DNA from: Polaromonas sp.
GTDB taxonomy: Bacteria; Pseudomonadota; Gammaproteobacteria; Burkholderiales; Burkholderiaceae_C
Length of the DNA: 64,000 bases
Assembly (NCBI GenBank): GCA_044378095.1
Contig: JBILXX010000005.1
Span: 55 to 64,054, forward strand
Direction: 5' to 3'
Part shown: piece after piece, positions 57,019-64,000 of the stretch
Layout: the number at the start of each line of letters is the position of its first letter
Position numbering within the stretch: position 1 is the first letter of the stretch
The notes under the pieces: generated by a model
The model's input: the letters and a program-made list of their open reading frames with translations, nothing else
Told to the model about the DNA's origin: nothing
Database searches by the model: none
Made by a program: the position numbers and the translations under genes

Positions 57019-57904
57019 TGTTTTTCAATTTCAGCGCTGTGTCATACAAATCATTGCGCGGCGCACCGGTGATGTCGGCCGCCAGTTTGACAGCGGTTTT
57101 AAGCGGCAATTCAGCCAGCAACAAGCGCAGCACCCGCTGGCCATCGTCTTTGGGCAAGGCTTGCGATGCGGGGTGCAGCACCAGCACAAACTCACCGCGC
57201 GTTCGCTGCGTGCCCGCAGCCACCCAGCTTGCAAACTGATTCGCAGCCACGGTGGCAATTTCTTCAAACTGTTTGGTCAGCTCACGGCAAATGGTGACGG
57301 GTCTTTCGCCCAGCGGCGTCATGGCCAGCGCCAGGGCTTCAATGCGGTGGGGGGCCTCCAGGATGACCACCGCTTTGGGCTCAGACTGCAGCCCGGCGAC
57401 GGCCTGGTCACGCTCGCCCGCCTTGCTGGGCAAAAAGCCTGCGAATACAAATCCTGAATCACCAGTCATGCCCGACGCGCTCAAAGCAGTAGTCACGCTG
57501 CTGGCACCGGGCAAGGGCATCACGTTCAAGCCCGCACTGCGCACGGCGGCCACCAGCCGCGCACCGGGGTCGCTGACAGCGGGCGTGCCCGCGTCGCTCA
57601 CATACGCCACGCGCTCACCGCGCTGCAACCGGTCAATCACGCCCACAGCGGCAACTTGCTCGTTGTGTTCATGCACAGCCAGCAGGGTTTTGTCGATACC
57701 AAACTGTCGCAGCAGGCCTTGCGTGTGGCGCGTGTCTTCACACGCAATGCAGTCGGCCAGTTGCAGCACATGCAGCGCCCGCAAACTGATGTCAGCCAGG
57801 TTGCCAATCGGCGTGGCCACCACATACAGCATGCCCTGCGGATAATGCTGCATGCCAGCAGCGGCTTTTGCCGCGCTTAAAGCCATCTCGAAAGAAGCGT
57901 TCAA
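56999..57904 (-). CDS. rsmI: 16S rRNA C1402 2'-O-methyltransferase
   Basis: LYVVATPIGNLADI, CEDTR, SDAGTP, ELTKQFE, RGEFVL. Confidence 0.95.
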   Translation of the reverse strand: MNASFEMALSAAKAAAGMQHYPQGMLYVVATPIGNLADISLRALHVLQLADCIACEDTRHTQGLLRQFGIDKTLLAVHEHNEQVAAVGVIDRLQRGERVAYVSDAGTPAVSDPGARLVAAVRSAGLNVMPLPGASSVTTALSASGMTGDSGFVFAGFLPSKAGERDQAVAGLQSEPKAVVILEAPHRIEALALAMTPLGERPVTICRELTKQFEEIATVAANQFASWVAAGTQRTRGEFVLVLHPASQALPKDDGQRVLRLLLAELPLKTAVKLAADITGAPRNDLYDTALKLKNNEPERG

Positions 57905-58338
57905 TGTGGTTTTCCAAAAAAGGTGCGACTGCCATCACAGGCCATACGCCAAAAGGTCAGGTTACCACCAAGGCCGTGGGCGATGCTGCGGAGCAGCTGG
58001 CGCTGGCGCATTTACAAAGTGCGGGCCTGACGTTTCTGGAGGCCAATTATCGAACACCCGGGCGCGGCGGCGGCGAGATTGACCTCATCATGAAAGACGC
58101 CGACGGCACACTGGTGTTTACAGAAGTACGCCAGCGCGCCAGCCAGTCCCACGGCGGCGCGGGCGCCAGTATCAGCGCCGTCAAGCAAAAGCGCATCGTT
58201 TTTGCCGCAAGGCATTATTTGATGCGTTACAAATCTTTGCCACCCTGCCGCTTCGACGTGGTGCTGATTCATGGCGGGCTGGGGGCGGGGGATGCGCCCG
58301 CGATTGAGTGGCTGCGGGCTGCTTTTGATGCGTTTTGA
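57904..58338 (+). CDS. YraN-family endonuclease-like protein
   Basis: GDAAEQLA, GEIDLIM, VFTEVRQR, CRFDVV; start approximate. Confidence 0.9.
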   Translation: MWFSKKGATAITGHTPKGQVTTKAVGDAAEQLALAHLQSAGLTFLEANYRTPGRGGGEIDLIMKDADGTLVFTEVRQRASQSHGGAGASISAVKQKRIVFAARHYLMRYKSLPPCRFDVVLIHGGLGAGDAPAIEWLRAAFDAF

Positions 58339-58407
58339 CCCTTGCCAAGTTGTAAGTTGATGTCAAGGATAGGAATTTCCTTTGACCCAACCCGCTATCA
58401 TTGCCGC

Positions 58408-59007
58408 ATGCTCGAACAACGAATTGAACAGCACTTTATCGACAGCGCCGACCTGAAGTACCAGTCGGCTCAGGTTTTGTCCAAGCCCATCGCGGCTGCC
58501 GTGCAGGCGATTTTGGCCAGTGTGACCAGCGGCGGCAAGGTGCTGGCGTGTGGCAATGGCGGCTCTGCTGCTGATGCGCAGCACTTTGCGGCTGAGTTTG
58601 TGGGCCGTTATGAGCGTGAACGGCCTGAACTGGCCGCCATTGCGCTGACGACCGACAGCTCCATCCTGACGGCCATTGCCAACGATTACGACTTCAATGT
58701 GATTTTTTCCAAGCAGGTGCGGGCCTTCGGCGGTGCAGGAGATGTGTTGCTGGCACTGAGCACCAGTGGCAACTCGGGCAACGTGCTGGCGGCCATTGAG
58801 GCGGCGCATGAGCGCGAAATGACCGTGGTGGCATTGACCGGCAAAGGCGGCGGCAAGATAACCCACGCCCTGCGTGAAACCGATGTGCATATCTGCGTGC
58901 CGCATGACCGCACAGCGCGAATCCAGGAAGTGCATTTGCTTGTCCTGCACTGTATTTGCGATGGTGTGGATACCCAGTTACTTGGTGATCAGGAGTCTTC
59001 TGTATGA
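58408..59007 (+). CDS. SIS-domain protein (GmhA/DiaA family)
   Basis: CGNGGSAADAQH, IANDY, STSGNS, TARIQEVH. Confidence 0.9.
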   Translation: MLEQRIEQHFIDSADLKYQSAQVLSKPIAAAVQAILASVTSGGKVLACGNGGSAADAQHFAAEFVGRYERERPELAAIALTTDSSILTAIANDYDFNVIFSKQVRAFGGAGDVLLALSTSGNSGNVLAAIEAAHEREMTVVALTGKGGGKITHALRETDVHICVPHDRTARIQEVHLLVLHCICDGVDTQLLGDQESSV

Positions 59008-59645
59008 AAAAAATCATGACCAAACGTTTTGTATTGCATGCGGTAGCAGCCGCGCTTTTGCTGGGCTCGCTCAGTGCCTGCGTGCCGCTGGTGGTGGGTG
59101 GTGCCATGGTGGGCGGCACGCTGGTGGCCAACGACAGGCGCACATCGGGAGCGCAACTGGAAGACGAAGGCATTGAGCTGCGCAGCACCAGCCGAATCCG
59201 CAGCAACGTGGGGGACCGGGTTCACGTCAACGTGAACAGCTACAACCGCCAGGTGTTGCTGACGGGTGAGGTGCCTACCGCGCAAGACAAACTGCTGGTT
59301 GAGCAAATAGTGTCCAGGGTTGAAAACGTGAAGTCAGTGGTAAATGAACTGGCTGTACTTGGCAATTCCAGCCTGACACAGCGCTCGTCAGATGTGCTGG
59401 TCACGGGCCGGGTAAGAGCGCAGCTGGTGGACGCCAAAGACCTGTTTGCCAATTCTTTTCGGGTGGTGACAGAACGCGGCACCACTTACCTGATGGGCCG
59501 CGTCACCCAGCGCGAGGCTGACCGGGGCACAGCCGTGGCACGCAGCACGCCGGGTGTGCAAAAAGTGGTGCGTATATTTGAAATCATCAGCGAAGAAGAG
59601 CTGGCGCGGCAATTGCCAACGCCCGCCAAGCCAGCCGGGAACTGA
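59004..59645 (+). CDS. Dual BON-domain lipoprotein (YraP/DolP-like)
   Basis: Lipobox LSAC; DRRTSG..EDEGIE; VLLTGEV; VYLMG-like TYLMGRV. Confidence 0.9.
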   Translation: MKKIMTKRFVLHAVAAALLLGSLSACVPLVVGGAMVGGTLVANDRRTSGAQLEDEGIELRSTSRIRSNVGDRVHVNVNSYNRQVLLTGEVPTAQDKLLVEQIVSRVENVKSVVNELAVLGNSSLTQRSSDVLVTGRVRAQLVDAKDLFANSFRVVTERGTTYLMGRVTQREADRGTAVARSTPGVQKVVRIFEIISEEELARQLPTPAKPAGN

Positions 59646-60551
59646 TTACTGCAAGCGCTTGACCAGGCTGGACGTGTCCCAGCGCTGACCGCCCAGAGCC
59701 TGCACGTCTGCATAAAACTGGTCGACCAGCGCCGTGACAGGCAAACGAGCACCATTGCGTTTTGCCTCATCCAGCACCAGCCCCAGGTCTTTGCGCATCC
59801 AGTCCACGGCAAAACCAAAGTCGAATTTGTCGGCCACCATGGTTTTGCCACGGTTGTCGAGCTGCCAGCTTTGCGCTGCGCCCTTGCCAATCACGTCAAG
59901 TACCTGATTCACGTCCAGCCCGGCTTTTTGGCCAAAGGCGACCGCTTCGCTCAAGCCTTGCACCAGCCCCGCGATGCAAATCTGGTTCACCATTTTGGTC
60001 AGCTGGCCAGCGCCGCTCGCACCCATCAATGTGAAAGCCTTTGAAAACGCCATGCCAACGGGTTTGGCGGCATCAAAGGCCGCTGCATCACCGCCGCACA
60101 TCACCGTCAAGGCGCCGTTTTGCGCGCCTGCCTGGCCGCCTGAAACAGGAGCGTCCACAAAATGCAGACCCAGGTTTTTGGCAGCGGCATAAAGCTCGCG
60201 TGCAACGTCGGCAGACGCGGTGGTGTGGTCGACCAAGATAGCGCCGGGCTTCATGCCTGCGAACGCACCATCAGGCCCGAGCACCACACTGCGTAAATCG
60301 TCATCGTTGCCCACGCAGCTGAACACAATGCCCGCGCCATTGACTGCAGAGTTGGGGGTTAAACCGTGGGTAGCACCCTTGAACTCAGCACAAAACGCTG
60401 CTGATTTTGCAGCCGTCCGGTTGTACACACTGACCTGGTGGCCCGCTGTGGCCAGATGACCGGCCATGGGATGACCCATCACGCCCAGACCTAAAAAGGC
60501 GACGTTCATCGGTGTTGCAGGTTCGTAGGTTTTGGTATTGATAGTTGACAT
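59646..60551 (-). CDS. NAD(P)-dependent beta-hydroxyacid dehydrogenase (3-hydroxyisobutyrate DH family)
   Basis: FLGLGVMG, DAPVSGGQAGA, KMVNQ, WMRKDL. Confidence 0.92.
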   Translation of the reverse strand: MSTINTKTYEPATPMNVAFLGLGVMGHPMAGHLATAGHQVSVYNRTAAKSAAFCAEFKGATHGLTPNSAVNGAGIVFSCVGNDDDLRSVVLGPDGAFAGMKPGAILVDHTTASADVARELYAAAKNLGLHFVDAPVSGGQAGAQNGALTVMCGGDAAAFDAAKPVGMAFSKAFTLMGASGAGQLTKMVNQICIAGLVQGLSEAVAFGQKAGLDVNQVLDVIGKGAAQSWQLDNRGKTMVADKFDFGFAVDWMRKDLGLVLDEAKRNGARLPVTALVDQFYADVQALGGQRWDTSSLVKRLQ

Positions 60552-60569
60552 ATGAGTGATTTAAAACGG

Positions 60570-61706
60570 TTAAACAATGGCAAAGCCTTCAGTTCCCGCA
60601 GCCAGATCAATGGATTTTGCGCGCTGGGAATTAAGCTTGATTTGAAGGCGCAGGTCATTGACCGAATCTGCATTGCGCAAAGCGTCTTCGTAGGTGATGA
60701 CGTTCGTTTCATAAGCATCAAACAGCGCCTGGTCAAAGGTTTGCATGCCCAGATTGCGGCTTTTCTTCATGATCTCCTTGATTTCGGAGACTTCACCTTT
60801 GAAGATCAGGTCAGAAATCAACGGCGTATTGAGCATCACCTCGACCACAGCCGCCCTGCCCTTGCTGTCCTGCTTGGGGATAAGGCGCTGCGACACCATG
60901 GCTTTGAGGTTGAGCGACAAGTCCATCAGAAGTTGGGCGCGGCGCTCTTCAGGGAAGAAGTTGATGATGCGGTCCAGCGCCTGGTTGGCACTGTTGGCGT
61001 GCAAGGTACACAGGCACAGGTGACCCGTTTCTGCAAAAGCGATGGCGTGCTCCATGGTTTCACGGTCGCGCACCTCGCCCATCAAAATCACATCCGGTGC
61101 CTGGCGGAGCGTGTTTTTAAGTGCAGCTTCCCAGCTGTCGGTGTCCAGGCCAACTTCACGCTGGGTGATGACGCAGTTTTTATGCGGGTGAACAAACTCG
61201 ACCGGGTCTTCAATCGTGATGATGTGGCCATACGACTCTTCGTTACGCCAATCGACCATCGCTGCCAGCGTGGTGGACTTGCCTGAACCTGTAGCACCGA
61301 CCAAAATCGTCAGGCCGCGCTTGGCCATGACCACCTCTTTGAGCACCTGGGGCACGCCCAGCCCGTCAATCGTTGGCAACACAGCCGGAATCACCCGCAT
61401 CACCATGCCGACCTTGCCCTGCTGGATAAAAGCATTGACCCGAAAACGACCCACACCCGGCGGGCTGATGGCAAAGTTGCATTCCTTGGTGCGCTCAAAC
61501 TCCGCAGCCTGCTTGTCGTTCATGATGGCGCGTGCCAAAGCCAGCGTATGACCAGCATTGAGCGGCTGCGGCGAAACCTTGGTGATTTTGCCGTCCACCT
61601 TCATGGCAGGCGGAAAGTCGCCAGTGATGAACAAGTCACTGCCATTGCGGCTGACCATCAGCTTTAAAAGGTCATTGATGAATTTACTGGCCTGGTCGCG
61701 TTCCAT
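60570..61706 (-). CDS. pilU: Type IV pilus retraction ATPase PilU
   Basis: GATGSGKST, TIEDPVE, AETGHL, GMQTFDQAL. Confidence 0.95.
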   Translation of the reverse strand: MERDQASKFINDLLKLMVSRNGSDLFITGDFPPAMKVDGKITKVSPQPLNAGHTLALARAIMNDKQAAEFERTKECNFAISPPGVGRFRVNAFIQQGKVGMVMRVIPAVLPTIDGLGVPQVLKEVVMAKRGLTILVGATGSGKSTTLAAMVDWRNEESYGHIITIEDPVEFVHPHKNCVITQREVGLDTDSWEAALKNTLRQAPDVILMGEVRDRETMEHAIAFAETGHLCLCTLHANSANQALDRIINFFPEERRAQLLMDLSLNLKAMVSQRLIPKQDSKGRAAVVEVMLNTPLISDLIFKGEVSEIKEIMKKSRNLGMQTFDQALFDAYETNVITYEDALRNADSVNDLRLQIKLNSQRAKSIDLAAGTEGFAIV

Positions 61707-61748
61707 GAAAAACTCCTAAATTTGTTGACTTCCCCGCTTCTTCAAGCA

Positions 61749-61836
61749 GGGGCCGCGGAACTGGCTTTGCCAGGCCGCAGGCGCAGCGGCCCCCTCGGGG
61801 GGCACGGCGCTACACGCAGTGAGCAACCGTGGGGGG
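61749..61836. repeat. GC-rich multi-hairpin REP/MITE-like element (family B) between pilT and pilU
   Basis: GGGGCCGC/GCGGCCCC stem with inner CTGGC-TTT-GCCAG; CCCCC-TC-GGGGG; CACGG/CCGTG stem. Single copy here; resembles repeats recalled from Comamonadaceae. Confidence 0.5.
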
Positions 61837-61842
61837 ACATAT

Positions 61843-62886
61843 CTAGCCTGGGAAATTCTCGGGTATTTTTGCTTTCCCGCGCGCTTCAGCCGCAGAAATC
61901 ACGTTGCGCTTGACCAGATCCGTCAGGTTTTGGTCCAGCGTTTGCATGCCCACGCTGTTGCCGGTTTGAATCGACGAATACATTTGTGCCACTTTGGCCT
62001 CGCGAATCAGATTGCGGATAGCACTGGTGCCCAACATGATTTCATGGGCCGCCACCCGGCCCTGCCCGTCTTTGGTTTTACAAAGCGTTTGTGAGATGAC
62101 GGCCTGCAAGGACTCTGACAACATCGAGCGGATCATTTCCTTTTCTTCTGCCGGAAACACGTCGATGATCCGGTCAATCGTTTTGGCGGCACTGGATGTG
62201 TGCAGCGTGCCAAACACCAGGTGTCCCGTTTCAGCCGCCGACATGGCCAGGCGAATGGTTTCCAGGTCACGCATCTCGCCGACCAGAATGGCGTCCGGGT
62301 CTTCACGCAGTGCGGATTTGAGCGCGGCTTGAAAGCTCAGGGTGTGCGGGCCCACCTCTCGCTGGTTGATCAGACACTTTTTGGATTCATGCACAAACTC
62401 AATCGGGTCTTCAACCGTGAGGATGTGGCCGTACTCGTTTTCATTGAGGTAGTTGACCATGGCCGCCAGTGTGGTGGACTTGCCCGAGCCAGTTGGTCCG
62501 GTCACCAGCACCATGCCGCGCGGCTTCATGGCCAGGTCACCAAAAATCTTGGGGGCATTGAGCTGCTCAAGCGTCAGGATTTTTGAAGGGATGGTTCGCA
62601 GTACCGCACCTGCACCACGGTTGTGGTTAAAAGCGTTAACCCGAAAGCGCGCCAGACCATCAATTTCAAACGAAAAGTCGACTTCCAGAAACTCTTCGTA
62701 GTTCTTGCGCTGGGTGTCGTTCATGATGTCGTACACCATCGAATGCACCTGCTTGTGGTCCAGTGGGTCAACGTTGATGCGTCGTACATCACCATGCACA
62801 CGTATCATAGGTGGCAGCCCGGCGGACAGGTGCAGGTCGGAGGCCTTGTTTTTGACACTGAAGGCCAGCAGCTGGGTAATATCCAT
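61843..62886 (-). CDS. pilT: Type IV pilus retraction ATPase PilT
   Basis: ASDLHLSAG, GPTGSGKST, AIRNLIRE, GMQTLDQ. Confidence 0.97.
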   Translation of the reverse strand: MDITQLLAFSVKNKASDLHLSAGLPPMIRVHGDVRRINVDPLDHKQVHSMVYDIMNDTQRKNYEEFLEVDFSFEIDGLARFRVNAFNHNRGAGAVLRTIPSKILTLEQLNAPKIFGDLAMKPRGMVLVTGPTGSGKSTTLAAMVNYLNENEYGHILTVEDPIEFVHESKKCLINQREVGPHTLSFQAALKSALREDPDAILVGEMRDLETIRLAMSAAETGHLVFGTLHTSSAAKTIDRIIDVFPAEEKEMIRSMLSESLQAVISQTLCKTKDGQGRVAAHEIMLGTSAIRNLIREAKVAQMYSSIQTGNSVGMQTLDQNLTDLVKRNVISAAEARGKAKIPENFPG

Positions 62887-62943
62887 CCCGAAAATCCTTA
62901 AAGCATGTAGGACAAAATCGTTGAGCTTGCAGTTTACAGTCGA

Positions 62944-63639
62944 ATGATGACCATGATCGTGAGAAATTTACAGGGTGTACGTGACCGCATCACGACCGCC
63001 TGCTTTGCAGCGGGGCGCCACCCGGACAGCGTGAAATTACTGGCCGTGTCCAAAACTTTTGGTGCAGACGCCGTGCTTGACGCAATGAGCGACGGGCAGC
63101 GCGCGTTTGGTGAGAACTACATTGCCGAGGGCGTGGAAAAAATCACCGCGCTGCGCGGCCATACAGGGCTTGAATGGCACTGCATTGGCCCGATACAAAG
63201 CAACAAAACCCGGCTGGTGGCCGAGCATTTTGACTGGGTGCAATCGGTTGACCGCCTGAAGATTGCGCAACGCCTGAGCGAGCAGAGGCCGCCGCACCTT
63301 GCGCCACTGCAAATCTGCCTGCAAGTCAATCTGGATGGGGGCGCCAATAAATCCGGGGTTTCGCCTGATGAGCTGATGGCACTGGTCGGGCAAGTGGTCC
63401 AGTTGCCGAATTTGAGGTTACGGGGCCTGATGACGATACCCGAGCCAGCGATTAATTTTGTAGCTGCTTGCGCCCTGCATTCGAGCGCAAAAGTCCTGTT
63501 TGACCAGATAAACAGTGCCGATGTATTACCAGAGATGATGGACACACTGTCGATGGGCATGACGGCGGACCTGGAAGCTGCGATTCACTCGGGCAGCACG
63601 ATGGTGCGTGTGGGTTCAGCGATTTTTGGGGCAAGATAG
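62944..63639 (+). CDS. yggS: PLP homeostasis protein YggS
   Basis: LLAVSKT, FGENY, WHCIGPIQSNK, LSMGMTADLE, VRVGSAIFGAR. Confidence 0.96.
   Translation: MMTMIVRNLQGVRDRITTACFAAGRHPDSVKLLAVSKTFGADAVLDAMSDGQRAFGENYIAEGVEKITALRGHTGLEWHCIGPIQSNKTRLVAEHFDWVQSVDRLKIAQRLSEQRPPHLAPLQICLQVNLDGGANKSGVSPDELMALVGQVVQLPNLRLRGLMTIPEPAINFVAACALHSSAKVLFDQINSADVLPEMMDTLSMGMTADLEAAIHSGSTMVRVGSAIFGAR
63448..63503 (+). repeat. Dispersed repeat family A, copy 13, in frame inside yggS (sense, diverged)
   Basis: GCGATTAATTTTGTAGCTGCTTGCGCCCTGCATTCGAGCGCAAAAGTCCTGTTTGA; encodes AINFVAACALHSSAKVLFD. Confidence 0.7.
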
Positions 63640-63651
63640 CCGGTCGGCTGG

Positions 63652-64000
63652 CTACTTCGGCATCACCATCGGCTTGATGGGGCCACAATCCGCACCCAAC
63701 CATTTGCCTGACGAGTCCATGGTGGTGATGACCGGTTTGCCCTGCTGGGGGGTGTTGATCTTCATTTTCATGGTGTAGGCGCTGTCGCCCATGAAGGTGT
63801 ACTGCGCTTCACCGCTGGACGGCGGGCTGGCGCATGAGAACTTGAGCGTCATGCCCGAGCTGCTTTTGTTGCTGGCGGTGCTGGTGCAGTCGCCCTGGCT
63901 TTGTACCGGCATTTGCCCACGCTCAACCATGTCTTTGGTGATGCACATTCTGGACATCACACCGCCTGGCGTGGCGGTCATGCTCATGCCCTGCTTGGCG
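63652..64000 (-). CDS. DUF3617-family protein (5' end beyond the window)
   Basis: RMCIT, GDC, KFSC, GKWLGADCG; the ORF runs off the window edge. Confidence 0.75.
   Translation of the reverse strand, partial: AKQGMSMTATPGGVMSRMCITKDMVERGQMPVQSQGDCTSTASNKSSSGMTLKFSCASPPSSGEAQYTFMGDSAYTMKMKINTPQQGKPVITTMDSSGKWLGADCGPIKPMVMPK

Overview
Chromosomal window of a betaproteobacterium, most likely Comamonadaceae (Rhodoferax/Polaromonas-like; inferred from protein sequences and gene order). The housekeeping backbone is pilSR-ampD, ffh, the spc and alpha ribosomal operons with tRNA-fMet, glpK/glpD, proC/ubiA, oxyR, the rsmI-yraN-SIS-BON cluster, pilT/pilU and yggS. It also carries a HiPIP gene followed by a complete System I cytochrome c maturation operon (ccmABCDEFGHI). 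Three accessory, defence-like inserts interrupt the backbone. (1) 8.2-10.4 kb: a stand-alone ABC-ATPase/TOPRIM (OLD-like) gene plus a Type ISP R-M remnant. (2) 30.2-33.5 kb: a 2TM-STAND-TPR (NLR-like) gene and higBA between glpK and glpD. (3) 38.2-49.5 kb: an SNF2 helicase-DUF4391-(PrlF/YhaV-like TA)-Mod-RhuM-Res type III R-M-associated island between oxyR and ubiA. The most unusual sequence-level signal is a 55-90 bp dispersed repeat (core GCTAY-N7-RKAGCTGCTTGCGC) seen 13 times. Seven copies are intergenic, mostly just after stop codons or bracketing accessory genes. Six lie in frame inside proteins (GlpK, UbiA, Mod, DUF4391, CinA, YggS), in three different reading frames. All calls come from motif recognition by eye; no database searches were run.
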